DNA of 64,000 nucleotides from Opitutaceae bacterium (lineage in GTDB: Bacteria > Verrucomicrobiota > Verrucomicrobiia > Opitutales > Coraliomargaritaceae). Of the stretch, positions 12,301 to 26,463 are shown one piece after another. The stretch spans positions 32,001 to 96,000 of the forward strand of contig JBPOFY010000006.1 in assembly GCA_051252375.1 (NCBI GenBank). Direction: 5' to 3'. The translations under genes and the position numbers were made by a program. A model generated the notes under the pieces. That model was not told the origin of the DNA. It saw only the letters and a list, made by a program, of their open reading frames with translations, and did not search any database. Numbering within the stretch: the first letter of the stretch is position 1; each line of letters begins with the position of its first letter.

Positions 12301-13596
12301 ATGAACTTTAACTTATTGCACCCTCGCGACCAAATTGAACTGACGATCGCCCGTATTTATCGTCGCTATATGACCACGACTTCAGGTGGTAATATTTCAG
12401 TCCGGACCGATAAAGATGATGTATGGATCACACCAGCGCGTGTAGACAAGGGAAACTTAAAGCGTTCGGATATGGCACGTGTCAGCCTCGCGGGTGAACA
12501 GCGTGAAGGTCCGCATCCACCTTCATCGGAATGCCCGTTCCACCTTAGCATTTATAACGTGCGCCCTGATATCGGAGCCGTGATTCACGCGCACCCAGGT
12601 GCCTTGGTGAGTTTCAGTATTTGCGGGCAAGTGCCCAATACGAAGGTGTTTCCTGAGGCGTGGAATGTTTGCGGTGAGGTTGCGTTTGCGCCGTATGCTT
12701 TACCCGGCAGCCAACAATTAGGTGACTCCATTGCAGAACAATTTGCCGCTTCCAAAGATACCATGTGCGTTGTAATGGAAAATCACGGTGTGGTGGTTGG
12801 AGGCGTTGACTTGCAAGATGCCTTCAAGCGTTTCGAGACCTTAGAGTTTACTGCACGAACAATCTTACAGGCATGTAGTTTGGGAGCATTGCAAACACTC
12901 AGCGGTGATGATTTGAAGAAGTCGATTAAGGCTTCGTTTCCTGAGATGGCAGGGGAGCCTAATGTTCCCTGCGATCGTGAGCGTGAACTACGTAAAGAGA
13001 TCTGTGATTTCATTCGTCGCGCATACTCGCATGGTTTAGTGACCAGCACTTGGGGTAGTTTGTCGGCGCGAATTGATGAGGAGAGCTTTGTGATTACACC
13101 AACTTGGAACGACCGTGAGTATCTCACGATGGAGGACTTGGTCGTCATCCGTAAGGGCGTATGCGTAACTCCCGGTAAGCCTAGTCGTGCGGTGCAATTA
13201 CACGCGGCGATTTATGAGGCATACCCTGAAGTGGAGTCGGTGATGAATGCTTTGCCGGCAAGTGCGACCGCTTTCTCTGTCAGCGACGCCAAGTTAGATA
13301 CTCGGACGATTCCTGAAAGTTATTTGTTTTTGAAGGATGTGCCGTTGATGCCTTTTGCAGAGCTAATTGAAACGCCTGAAAATGTAGTCAACTACGTGGG
13401 TCCAGATAATCCTGTCATGCTCTTGCAGCACAATGGTGCATTGGTCGCAGGTCGTTCTGTGTTGGACGCCTTTGATCGCCTAGAGGTTCTCGAAGCCACT
13501 GCCGGCGCGATTATTCAAAGCAAGCCGCTCGGCGAAGTCGCTCCGATGAGTGATGCCGTGATCGATGAATTGGTGAAGGCGTTCGGTCGGGTTTAG
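12301..13596 (+). CDS. Class II aldolase/adducin family protein with two tandem domains
   Basis: GGNIS...ITP...PSSE...H...HAH...NHG in domain 1; degenerate copy in domain 2. Confidence 0.85.
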   Translation: MNFNLLHPRDQIELTIARIYRRYMTTTSGGNISVRTDKDDVWITPARVDKGNLKRSDMARVSLAGEQREGPHPPSSECPFHLSIYNVRPDIGAVIHAHPGALVSFSICGQVPNTKVFPEAWNVCGEVAFAPYALPGSQQLGDSIAEQFAASKDTMCVVMENHGVVVGGVDLQDAFKRFETLEFTARTILQACSLGALQTLSGDDLKKSIKASFPEMAGEPNVPCDRERELRKEICDFIRRAYSHGLVTSTWGSLSARIDEESFVITPTWNDREYLTMEDLVVIRKGVCVTPGKPSRAVQLHAAIYEAYPEVESVMNALPASATAFSVSDAKLDTRTIPESYLFLKDVPLMPFAELIETPENVVNYVGPDNPVMLLQHNGALVAGRSVLDAFDRLEVLEATAGAIIQSKPLGEVAPMSDAVIDELVKAFGRV

Positions 13597-13624
13597 GTGT
13601 TGGCTAGTTGGCGCGAACTAGGAG

Positions 13625-13816
13625 GTAGAGGCGTTCGTCCCGAACGCCATTACAGTGTTCTCGCCGATTGGGATGCGTGGTTCAAACGTATGGCGATGGG
13701 GACCATCGCCGCTACCTTCAGACGCTAAAGGTAGGGGCGTCTGCTCTCAGGCGTTCGAGGCTGAAGAACATATCGCGGACGTCTGAGGGCAGACGTCCCT
13801 ATCAAATACGCACATA
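13625..13816. repeat. Cluster of GTAG-type REP hairpins including a REP doublet (13721-13816) also found at 29112-29209
   Basis: GTAG-initiated GC-rich palindromes in inverted pairs between convergent genes. Confidence 0.75.
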
Positions 13817-16800
13817 CTAGCCAACCATTTCTTCAACCAAGGTCTTCATCGCGCGGAAGTCTTGCTTGCCTGTGCCGAGCATGGGCAGGGTCTCGACGCG
13901 GCACCAATCTTTTGGGTTCGGTTTCCAGAGATTGGGCAGGTCGATGGTTTGCAGCTGTTCGCGAATGTTCTCTTCGCTTAGATCGAATTGTGTGATGAGC
14001 ACGCAGATCTTTTCACCTTTCTTGGCATCTGGTATCGCAACGACCGCCAGTTGATTGGGCTCCATGTTGAAGGATTCGCGCAACGATTCTTCGATCGCGC
14101 CGTGCGGGATCATTTCGCCGCCGATTTTACTGAAGCGTGAGAGGCGACCTGTGATCGCGAAGAATCCGTCGGCGTCCATTAGTCCGATGTCGCCAGTATC
14201 ATACCATCCATCGTGGAGCACTTCCTTAGTGAGATCTTCGCGGTTGAGGTAGCCGATCATGACGTTCGGTCCTTTCACGCAAATCAAACCTTCTTCGCCG
14301 GGTGCGAGTGGTTCACGTGTCTCAGGGTGGACGATCTTCATGGCGATGCCAGGTAGAGTGCGTCCGAGACGGTCGCTGCGGTTGCCGGTTTCTTCAAGGG
14401 TGTCGACGATGACATTGGGCAGGCTGAGCGCGCAGACCGGCGCTAGCTCGGTAGCGCCATAGCCTTCGAGTGGGCGTATGCTGAAACGTTTCTCAAAGAG
14501 ATCGCTGATGCGCGGTTGTAGTTTTTCGGCACCAGTGAAGACGTAGCGGAGATTCGCGAATTGCTCGGGTTTAACTTTGCGTGCGTAGGCGAGCAAGAAG
14601 CTGGGTGTAGTGAGAAGGAGGGTGGCTTTGTAAGTCTCGGCGAGTTTGCCGATAGCTTCACCTTCCAGTGGATTGGTGTGGCAGGTCGTGGTGATGCCTG
14701 ACAGCAGAGGGAACCAGAGTGTCGCGGTGTAGCCGAAAGAATGGAAGAAAGGCAGCGCTGTGAGCATGACATCCTTGCGTTTCGGTGCGAGCACGCTGCG
14801 GAACGAATCGATATTTGAGAGCAGGTTATGATGGCTGAGCATGATGCCCTTTGGTTCGGCAGTAGAACCACTGGAGAAGAGCACTGTGGCGAGCGCATCT
14901 GGATCGATGGTGCCATTGACTAGGCGCTTCATCGGCGTGAGGCGGGCACGAATGGCAGCACGTCGTTTATCGCTCGATGTGAGATTGGCTAGTAGATCTT
15001 CGACGTAGAGCACATTCTCCGGTAGAGGCATATCAGGGAAACGCTCGAGGAACTTACGCGCTGTGATGACGGTGCGAATCTCGCATTGTTGCATTGCCGA
15101 CTCGATGCTTGCAGGTGCGGCGGTGTAGTTGAGATTGACGGCAACACGGCTATCTAACGTCAGTGCGATATTGCTGAGCGCTGAACCCGAACCTGGAGGT
15201 AGCAGAATGGCGATCTTTGATTCTTCCGTATGGCTTTGTTCCCGTATTCGGTCGCGTAGCAAGAGACTGCCGATCAGAAGTTCGCCGTATTTTAATTCGC
15301 GACCACTGCTATCTGCGATGGCTAGCTTCTTCCAATTCTCGCGAGCAGACTCGATAAACTGTAGCCCGAGGTGGCGTTTCGAGTCTTTCAGCATCTCGAA
15401 GGACTGGGTGGAGAGCTCGTTGACTGCTTGCTGAACTTCAAAAGCTGTGGAGGTGGATGGCATGTGATCGCCGTAGTGTAAGCTTACGGGGTAGCGTGGC
15501 TCGCTGAAGATCTTGAGCTTTGGTTTGCCTTGATGGTAACTAGTTAAGCTGCCCCAAACGCCGCCGATGTAGGCTGGAATGATCGGGTAGTCGGTGCCTT
15601 TCACGATACGCTCGAAACCAGGCTTGAAAGGACGCAACATACCCGTGCGAGTGAGGGCGCCTTCCGCGAAGATGCAAACTAGGTAACCTTCATCGAGGGC
15701 TTCGCGAGCTGTCTTTAGTGATTGCAGCAGCTTCTTCGGGTTGTCTGCCGTATGGATGAGGATGACATTCGCTAGGTCGGCAATTCTGCGAGTCAACCAA
15801 CTGGCTTCTTCGTAGTAGGCGCGTGACATGAGCATGCGGACGCGTCGTTGCTGGCTAGAGGTGACTAGAATCGCATCGAGCATGCTGACGTGGTTACAGA
15901 CGATTAGTGCGCCACCCTGAGCAGGCACGTTATTTAATCCACTCACTTTAAACTTATAGCAAACCCGGGTGACGAGCATGCCAAGGAAACGGGCAAAGAA
16001 GTCGGGCAGAATCCATACGCTGGCGATGGCGAGCACACCAAGAAGAATGGAAAGCATGAGAAATCCGTTTTGTGCGGTCCAATCGAGAATCGAAGAATTG
16101 AAATACAGTAAGCCGCTGGCGATGAGGATGCCCAACCAGTTGAGAAAAGAGTGGGCGGCTTGAATCGCGCCAAGGCGGTCCTCCGGGCTGCGGTATTGAA
16201 TGAACGATTCCAAAGGAACTATGAAGAGACCTGCGCCTAATCCGATGAACAGCATGCAGATTGCGGCAAGCGTTACGTTGCCATGGGCTAATGTGCCGAG
16301 AAGGAAAAGATTCAAACTCATCAATCCTGCACCGATCGGCACGATACCAAACTCAATCGAGCGACCGCTTAACCATCCGGCGAGGGTGGAGCCCGCTCCG
16401 ATGCCGATCGCAGTTAGCAAAAAGAGGCGAGTCGCCTTTTCTGCACTTAGATCAAGGTGCTCGAAGCCATAGTCCAATACGTTTAATTGAATGAACGCAG
16501 CTGCGAGCGAGAAGACGGCGAGGGCAATCACTGCCAAAGTCATGAAGCCGTCTTTGCGAATATACCCAAAACTTTTATAGACCGATGCAAAACCATTGAG
16601 ACTTAACTTACGAGTGGGGTGCGCTGCCGTGGGTTCAATTTTCAATGCAGCGATAAAGCCCAGTGCCGCGATGACTAAGCAGATACTAGCTGCGAGACTG
16701 AAACGACCTTCGACTAGGAGACTTAGCTCCGGTGCGAGTACGGTGCCCGATATGATCGCCAAAAAGGTGAAGAGTTGAATCGCGCCATTGGCTTTCGATA

Positions 16801-17215
16801 GACGCTCGTTGCCGACGATCTCAGGTAGAATGCCATATTTGCATGGTCCAAAGAACGCGCTTTGAGCAGACATCAAGAACATCGTGGTATAGAGCAATGC
16901 CGGGATCTTCATCGAGAGTGCCAACACGCCGAAGCTCATGACTGCGATTTCAACCACCTTTAATATGACGATGAGTGAGCGCTTGCTGAACTTGTCAGCA
17001 AAGTTGCCCGCAATCGGAACGATCAGTAAAAAGGGAAGGGCAAAGACGAGACCGACTTTGGCCAGAATCGTGGCGGATGCTTCAGGACCGCTCCATGCAA
17101 TCAATGCATAGATCATTAGCAGCTTGAAGATGTTGTCATTCATCGCGCCACCAAACTGAGTGAGATTGTGCCACCAGAATGTTTTAGGAAGCGAGGTGTT
17201 GGGTTGTGTGCTCAT
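13817..17215 (-). CDS. aas: Aas-type trifunctional protein: MFS (LplT-like) + acyltransferase + acyl-ACP synthetase
   Basis: N-terminal MFS TMs, NHVSMLD and FAEG acyltransferase motifs, FSSGSTAEPKG, EGYGATE. Confidence 0.88.
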   Translation of the reverse strand: MSTQPNTSLPKTFWWHNLTQFGGAMNDNIFKLLMIYALIAWSGPEASATILAKVGLVFALPFLLIVPIAGNFADKFSKRSLIVILKVVEIAVMSFGVLALSMKIPALLYTTMFLMSAQSAFFGPCKYGILPEIVGNERLSKANGAIQLFTFLAIISGTVLAPELSLLVEGRFSLAASICLVIAALGFIAALKIEPTAAHPTRKLSLNGFASVYKSFGYIRKDGFMTLAVIALAVFSLAAAFIQLNVLDYGFEHLDLSAEKATRLFLLTAIGIGAGSTLAGWLSGRSIEFGIVPIGAGLMSLNLFLLGTLAHGNVTLAAICMLFIGLGAGLFIVPLESFIQYRSPEDRLGAIQAAHSFLNWLGILIASGLLYFNSSILDWTAQNGFLMLSILLGVLAIASVWILPDFFARFLGMLVTRVCYKFKVSGLNNVPAQGGALIVCNHVSMLDAILVTSSQQRRVRMLMSRAYYEEASWLTRRIADLANVILIHTADNPKKLLQSLKTAREALDEGYLVCIFAEGALTRTGMLRPFKPGFERIVKGTDYPIIPAYIGGVWGSLTSYHQGKPKLKIFSEPRYPVSLHYGDHMPSTSTAFEVQQAVNELSTQSFEMLKDSKRHLGLQFIESARENWKKLAIADSSGRELKYGELLIGSLLLRDRIREQSHTEESKIAILLPPGSGSALSNIALTLDSRVAVNLNYTAAPASIESAMQQCEIRTVITARKFLERFPDMPLPENVLYVEDLLANLTSSDKRRAAIRARLTPMKRLVNGTIDPDALATVLFSSGSTAEPKGIMLSHHNLLSNIDSFRSVLAPKRKDVMLTALPFFHSFGYTATLWFPLLSGITTTCHTNPLEGEAIGKLAETYKATLLLTTPSFLLAYARKVKPEQFANLRYVFTGAEKLQPRISDLFEKRFSIRPLEGYGATELAPVCALSLPNVIVDTLEETGNRSDRLGRTLPGIAMKIVHPETREPLAPGEEGLICVKGPNVMIGYLNREDLTKEVLHDGWYDTGDIGLMDADGFFAITGRLSRFSKIGGEMIPHGAIEESLRESFNMEPNQLAVVAIPDAKKGEKICVLITQFDLSEENIREQLQTIDLPNLWKPNPKDWCRVETLPMLGTGKQDFRAMKTLVEEMVG

Positions 17216-17245
17216 ATTTTGTGTGTTGATGGCGCAATCCTCTAC

Positions 17246-17290
17246 ATGACAACATTATTGTCAAATAAATAATGACAATAATGTTGTCAT
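17246..17290. promoter_or_regulatory. Probable MarR operator pair between divergent aas and marR
   Basis: ATGACAACATTATTGTCA and its exact reverse complement 9 bp apart; each half is itself TGACAA-N5-TTGTCA. Confidence 0.75.
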
Positions 17291-17318
17291 ATTTGGGAAT
17301 AGGTGTTTAGTTCCTCTC

Positions 17319-17759
17319 ATGTCTACAAAGAATAGTCTTCAGGATATGCACATTTTGGCGAACTCCATTCGCCGCACCTATAATCGTTTGCGGCATACGA
17401 CGGATCAGATTCATACCGATACGAATTTGAGCGCGCCGAAGCGAACCTTGATGATGGATTTGGACCGCGAAGGCCCGAAAACAGTCCCGTTGTTGGCTGG
17501 TGCACGCTATGTGAGCCGTCAGATTATTCAGACCCAAGTGAATGAGCTAGTGGATGCGGGGCTCGTCAAAGCGAAGGTCAACCCGGAGCATAAGCGATCG
17601 TCACTGATCACGCTAACCGCGAAAGGCACAAAGCTGGTCAAAGAAATGGCTGCCCGCGAAGATGCGTTTATCCAAAAGCTAGGTTGGCTGCCGGATGCGA
17701 AAGAGCTTCGAACTTGTATCGAGGTTCTAGACTCGATTGATGCCAAACTAGAGGAGTGA
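17319..17759 (+). CDS. MarR family transcriptional regulator
   Basis: wHTH with LVDAGLV...NPEHKRS..ITLTAKG. Confidence 0.88.
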   Translation: MSTKNSLQDMHILANSIRRTYNRLRHTTDQIHTDTNLSAPKRTLMMDLDREGPKTVPLLAGARYVSRQIIQTQVNELVDAGLVKAKVNPEHKRSSLITLTAKGTKLVKEMAAREDAFIQKLGWLPDAKELRTCIEVLDSIDAKLEE

Positions 17760-18015
17760 GGACTATTGGGGCAGGAAAATAGGTAGCGGCGATGGTCTTC
17801 GAATGGCGCTACTTCAAGAAGACATTCTGTGAAAATCTGGAGGGTTGCGCTCCGTCGCAACCGCCGATGGTTCGATGCATATAGCAGTTTCTGCGGCAAT
17901 GACGGAGCATTGCCCTCCAAATGAAGTTACGCATATCATGTCTGTATATACGCTCAAGGTAGTGCCATTAGGGGCGCTCCTGCCTACCAGCTTTGTTGAA
18001 ATCGGTTGCGGAATC

Positions 18016-20739
<2,724 letters not shown>

Positions 20740-20764
20740 GATGAAATTAGGAACTAGAAACTGG

Positions 20765-20803
20765 GAACTTCGAACGTCCAACGTTGAACGTCCAATTTTG
20801 AAT
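20765..20803 (+). repeat. 39-bp heptamer element, left arm of the inverted pair around the four-helix-bundle gene
   Basis: GAACTTC GAACGTC CAACGTT GAACGTC CAATTTT GAAT. Confidence 0.9.
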
Positions 20804-20809
20804 TACAGA

Positions 20810-21228
20810 TTATTTGTCGATTGGCTTGGTTGATTTTGATTTGGCCGTTTTAATACTGGCGACGAATATTCGAATGAGTTGGTCGGTTTCGTTCATGAGA
20901 TCGTCGAGAAGGTCTGGCTTTTCGACAAGAGGAACACGTTTGACGAGTTTTATCCAGCGTAGTGTCTCTCTTCTTTTACAGAGATGCCTAGTTTGTGGAC
21001 GAAGTCTTTGGCTGATTCGGCACCTTGAGCTTCACCGTGATTTGCGAGAGGTGATGTTGAAGAGCGAAGTAGCTGTTTGGAGACGTGGTTTCCTGCTGGG
21101 CTGTTTTCAATGTTTCGGCAGAGCCTAATTGTTCGAACCGAGAACTCAAGTAGACGTTCTTCAAGGTCGTAATTAGAACGTCCTTCTTCAATGAGGAACT
21201 CGTTCGAGTCTGCTTGTTTGTAACTCAT
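20810..21228 (-). pseudogene. Four-helix-bundle protein (23S-IVP/Avd-like family), frameshifted near 20970
   Basis: DLEERLLEFSVRTI...KQLLRSSTSPLANHGEAQGAESAKDFVHKLGISVKE, continuing in another frame as ETLRWIKLVKRVPL...ETDQLIRIFVASIKTAK to TAA at 20810-20812. Confidence 0.85.
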
Positions 21229-21265
21229 TCAATATTCGACGTTGGACGTTGGAAGTTCGACGTTC
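21227..21265 (-). repeat. 39-bp heptamer element, right arm; its terminal GAAT overlaps the ATG of the four-helix-bundle gene
   Basis: Minus strand GAACGTC GAACTTC CAACGTC CAACGTC GAATATT GAAT(G). Confidence 0.9.
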
Positions 21266-21350
21266 CCCAAAAGCGTCCTTCTTCGACAATGAACTCATCC
21301 CATTCAGAACTGGTCTGCTCGTAATTCATTCGATGTTCGACGTTCCGGTG

Positions 21351-22451
<1,101 letters not shown>

Positions 22452-22596
22452 ATATAAATGCGTAATTTGTGAAAAGCGGAGTAATTTGGGGCGCGTGGCG
22501 AGCGCTTCAAGCCTTTTCCTGTGTGTTTCAGGCATGCGGGCTGAATGTTTTCAGGTTTAGGCTTTGCAGGTGGGGCGTGATTGCTAGCGTCGCGGC

Positions 22597-23595
22597 ATGA
22601 AATTTGAATTGGAATCACCACTAGATATGCACTTACACCTCCGTGAGGGGGCGATGATGGAGCGTGTGACGCCACTGACTGCGGATCATTTCGCTGGGGC
22701 GATCATTATGCCCAACTTGGTGCCGCCGGTGGACAATCTGGAGCGTTTGCTTGCCTACCGCGCACAGATCGAAGCCGCGAAAGGGGCAGCGACATTTGAT
22801 CCTTTGATGATGTTGTTCTTTAAAAACTATACCCGCGAGGAGCTGGAAGCCGCTCGTGAGCATATTTTTGGAATTAAGCTGTATCCTGCCGGTGCAACGA
22901 CGAACAGCGAGGCTGGGGTCAAAGAACTGAGTGCTGCTGAGGATACTTTTGCATTGATGGAGGAAATGGGGATACCGCTCATGATTCACGGTGAGACACA
23001 TGGTTTCGTGATGGATCGTGAGAAGGAGTTCTTAACTAGTTATGCTTATCTCGCAGAGAAGTTTCCTAAGTTGAAAATCACGATGGAGCATATCACCACG
23101 CGCGACGCGGTGGAGTTGCTCGATCAATACGAAAACTTACATGCCACTGTTACGCTGCACCATTTGATCATTACGCTCAATGATGTCGCAGGTGGGCTGC
23201 TTAATCCGCACTTGTTTTGTAAGCCAATTGCGAAACGCCCAGAAGATCGCGAAGCCCTCTTGGGCGCGGCTTTGAAAGCGCATCCGAAGCTGATGTTTGG
23301 CAGTGATTCGGCTCCGCATCCAGTTTCGAAAAAGGAATGCTGTGGTTGCGCGGCAGGTCTCTTTACCGCTCCGGTCTGTTTGCCGACGTTGGTCGAGCTG
23401 TTTGAGAAGCACGATGTGCTGGATAACTTGCAGGCATTTGTCAGCGGTAATGCCCAGCGTATACATGGCTACACGCCGCCGTCGACCAGGGTCGTGCTTG
23501 AGAAGACAGGAATGCTTGTGCCAGAGAAGTATGGCGATGTGGTGCCTTATCGTGCCGGGGAGACAATTCCTTGGGCGGTGACGAGCGTTTGTTAA
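22597..23595 (+). CDS. pyrC: Dihydroorotase
   Basis: [32 protein letters not shown]. Confidence 0.95.
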   Translation: MKFELESPLDMHLHLREGAMMERVTPLTADHFAGAIIMPNLVPPVDNLERLLAYRAQIEAAKGAATFDPLMMLFFKNYTREELEAAREHIFGIKLYPAGATTNSEAGVKELSAAEDTFALMEEMGIPLMIHGETHGFVMDREKEFLTSYAYLAEKFPKLKITMEHITTRDAVELLDQYENLHATVTLHHLIITLNDVAGGLLNPHLFCKPIAKRPEDREALLGAALKAHPKLMFGSDSAPHPVSKKECCGCAAGLFTAPVCLPTLVELFEKHDVLDNLQAFVSGNAQRIHGYTPPSTRVVLEKTGMLVPEKYGDVVPYRAGETIPWAVTSVC

Positions 23596-24078
23596 CTATT
23601 TGTATTCGCGTTTCAAATACGAAACAACGGACGGTATCGCTTCGATCATCGAGTCTAGGCACTCGACGTAGGCGTCGTAGTTTTGCCCGTAAGGATCGGG
23701 GATTTGCGAATCCGCGTCCTTATCCATAAAATCTCGGAATAGGTGCACCCGTTCCGGTAGGTTAGGGTAGTAGTGCTTGAGCACATCGATGTGTGAGTCG
23801 GTCATTCCGAAAATCGCGAATGCGCGGTCGACCAAGTCATTTGTGATGGGCTGACTTTTATGGCGGCTGAGGTCCAGCTTTACCTTTTTTAAGGCGGCCA
23901 CGGAATTATTAGAGGCGGGCTCACCATAACCTGCGGCTACACCAGCAGACACGACGACGAGTTTGCTAAAGGGTTCACCTTCGGCATTAAGCGCATGCTG
24001 TAGGAGCTTTTCTGCCATCGGGCTACGGCAAACATTGCCGGTGCAGATAGTAAGGATGAGGTTGCGTTCGTTAGCCAT
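23596..24078 (-). CDS. Low-molecular-weight protein phosphatase
   Basis: CTGNVCRS P-loop, IPDPY. Confidence 0.92.
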   Translation of the reverse strand: MANERNLILTICTGNVCRSPMAEKLLQHALNAEGEPFSKLVVVSAGVAAGYGEPASNNSVAALKKVKLDLSRHKSQPITNDLVDRAFAIFGMTDSHIDVLKHYYPNLPERVHLFRDFMDKDADSQIPDPYGQNYDAYVECLDSMIEAIPSVVSYLKREYK

Positions 24079-24092
24079 GAGCGTGCGTTAAA

Positions 24093-25019
24093 CTAATGAC
24101 TGTCTGGCAGTTGCTGCAAGATTTGTAAAGCGGCAACGATATCAACACCGCGTTGAAGCACGGCATCTGGCTCGAAGTCCGTATCTTTATCGGTATCTTC
24201 TGTGTGTTCGTCAATTTCCTTGGTATCGTCTTTGAGTAGGCGTTGGATGTTGGTGCCTGCTTCGTAGAGATGATAACTCATGTAGTTCTTCTGGGGAGAA
24301 CCTTCAATTTCTATACGTGGTATGAAGCCACTGGCAATCAGTGAGGTGTCGCTCGATGGACGTAGTTCACCTTCGATCATCCATGCTGTGACCTTGTCGG
24401 TTTGCTTGTAGTAACCAGTCCTTCCTGCGGTGGCTTCACCCACCGCAATGATGGATCCGTTGGCCTGTAGGCTGTGCAAGGTGGCTTCGAATGGACCCGC
24501 TGTTTGGCGATTGCAGAGGACGACTGTGGGGTAGCGGCGATTGATAGTTGGTGCCTGTTCAAATGGTTTTAACTGGTCGGTAATTGCTTGGGGCACAACG
24601 CCGACAGTTGTGATCTTGGTATCAGCTTGTTTGCTTTGTAATAGAGGAATCAATGCCGCACCCGAGTGGGGCGATTGCAGGTAGCGCATGTCCAAAATGA
24701 CTGCTTGGTCGTCTAATACTTCTTTGATTACAGGTATGGCTTCATCTAACCTGTAGATACGGATATAGGTAATACTGCGTGGCAACTTTTCGATACGGGC
24801 GGCCTCTTCACGCTCGCTTCGGGTGATTAGTTCGGGAGATTCGAATAGTATCGTGCCAGGGTAGAGCTGGGCGAGACCATGCAAGCGGATGCTTTCCTCG
24901 GTATGCTTTGATGCCTCTGGAAAAAATGTTGGGTCCAGTTGCGCGCCGTGGCCTAGCTGAGTCAGCGTAGCTGCCGCTAAGAGACTGGCAATCAGGCGTG
25001 TGTGGTTGAAATTAAACAC
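24093..25019 (-). CDS. Exported protein with S41-peptidase-like fold
   Basis: VILDMR, VVLCNRQTAG..E, VGEATAG; canonical catalytic Ser not evident. Confidence 0.6.
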   Translation of the reverse strand: MFNFNHTRLIASLLAAATLTQLGHGAQLDPTFFPEASKHTEESIRLHGLAQLYPGTILFESPELITRSEREEAARIEKLPRSITYIRIYRLDEAIPVIKEVLDDQAVILDMRYLQSPHSGAALIPLLQSKQADTKITTVGVVPQAITDQLKPFEQAPTINRRYPTVVLCNRQTAGPFEATLHSLQANGSIIAVGEATAGRTGYYKQTDKVTAWMIEGELRPSSDTSLIASGFIPRIEIEGSPQKNYMSYHLYEAGTNIQRLLKDDTKEIDEHTEDTDKDTDFEPDAVLQRGVDIVAALQILQQLPDSH

Positions 25020-25024
25020 GGTTT

Positions 25025-26314
25025 CTATTTTCGATTGAGCTCACGATGTCCGATGTCGCGACGAAGATACTTTTTATCGAAATCGATTTGATCGCAGACA
25101 CTGTAAGCAAGATCGGCAGCTTCTTGGAGTGATGGTGCTTGTCCGCTTACGCCGAGAACTCGGCCGCCATTAGTGGTGATCGTTCCCTTCGCATCACGTT
25201 TAGTTCCGGCATGCACAATTGCAGCGCGCTTCGCGATTTCATTCGGAAAGGTGATGGTGTCGCCCTTGGGGTAGTCGCCAGGATAGCCGCCTGCTGCCAA
25301 TACGATCACTATCGCCGCACCTTGGTGAAAGTTTAATTTAGCGGGCAGCGGTTCGCCCTTCGCTGACGCGAGTAGCACTGGCACGAGATCATCGGCAACC
25401 ATAGGGAGAAGCACTTGAGTTTCGGGATCGCCGAAGCGCACGTTGTATTCAAGCACTTTGACGCCCTTATCGGTGAGCATCAGCCCCGCATAGAGTGTGC
25501 CGCAGAAGTCGATGCCGTCAGCTTTGAAGCCGTCTAGAGTGGGGCGGATGACTTGTTCTTCGATAGCGGCTTGCATTTCAGGAGTCACACGGCTGGTCGG
25601 TGTGTAGGCGCCCATGCCGCCGGTATTCAGACCTTGGTCGCCTTCGCCTGCGCGTTTGTGGTCCTGGCTAGGAGGGAGGCAGACAAAATGATCGCCTGAC
25701 ACGATGGCGTGGATGGAGGCTTCTTCGCCGTAAAGTGTCTCTTCGATGACGATTTCAGCTCCACTGTCACCAAATGCGCCGCCTTCCAGCATGTCTTTGA
25801 CTGCTGCAATGGCCTCTTCTTGAGTTTCTGCCATGATCACACCTTTACCGGCGGCGAGGCCACTGGCTTTGATGACGATCGGGGCAGGGTGCGATTCTAA
25901 ATACTCCAGCGCAGGTGCGACTTCAGTGAAGTTGGCATATTCTGCAGTCGGGATCTTGTGGCGGGCGAAGAAGTCTTTGCAGAAGGCTTTGCTCGATTCG
26001 AGCTGTGCACCTTCTTTTTTAGGACCATATGCGGGTATGCCGACTGTTTCTAGGGCGTCGACGAGTCCGAGGCTCAGGGGCACTTCTGGGCCGACGACGA
26101 CGAGACCGATCTGGTTGGCTTGAGCCAAAGCGACGATTCCGTCGATATCTTCGACAGAAGTGTTAAAGCATTCGACCTCGCTCGCCATGCCACCATTTCC
26201 AGGTGCAGCTATGACACGCCCTGCGAGTGGGCTTTGCAGGCATTTTTGGACGATTGCGTGCTCGCGACCACCCGATCCGATAACGAGAATGTTCAATTTT
26301 GAAGAAGTTGTCAT
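25025..26314 (-). CDS. purD: Phosphoribosylamine--glycine ligase
   Basis: GSGGREHA, GLAAGKGV, QDHKR, NTGGMG, RFGDPE. Confidence 0.98.
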   Translation of the reverse strand: MTTSSKLNILVIGSGGREHAIVQKCLQSPLAGRVIAAPGNGGMASEVECFNTSVEDIDGIVALAQANQIGLVVVGPEVPLSLGLVDALETVGIPAYGPKKEGAQLESSKAFCKDFFARHKIPTAEYANFTEVAPALEYLESHPAPIVIKASGLAAGKGVIMAETQEEAIAAVKDMLEGGAFGDSGAEIVIEETLYGEEASIHAIVSGDHFVCLPPSQDHKRAGEGDQGLNTGGMGAYTPTSRVTPEMQAAIEEQVIRPTLDGFKADGIDFCGTLYAGLMLTDKGVKVLEYNVRFGDPETQVLLPMVADDLVPVLLASAKGEPLPAKLNFHQGAAIVIVLAAGGYPGDYPKGDTITFPNEIAKRAAIVHAGTKRDAKGTITTNGGRVLGVSGQAPSLQEAADLAYSVCDQIDFDKKYLRRDIGHRELNRK

Positions 26315-26463
26315 ATTAACTGCTCAAAGTTCCACATTCTTATCGCTAGGTAAAGTTTGTTTTCTGTATCTTGTGGGGAACATAGCACTTTCGAAGTGTC
26401 ATGTATTTACGGGTTAACTTCTGGTTGACCAAAAGTAGACTTAATGTTAAAAGCTAACAAATT

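Noticed and set aside
20810..21228. Diversity-generating retroelement or 23S rRNA intervening sequence
   Set aside because: No reverse transcriptase, no TR/VR pair with adenine-specific mismatches and no rRNA gene in the window
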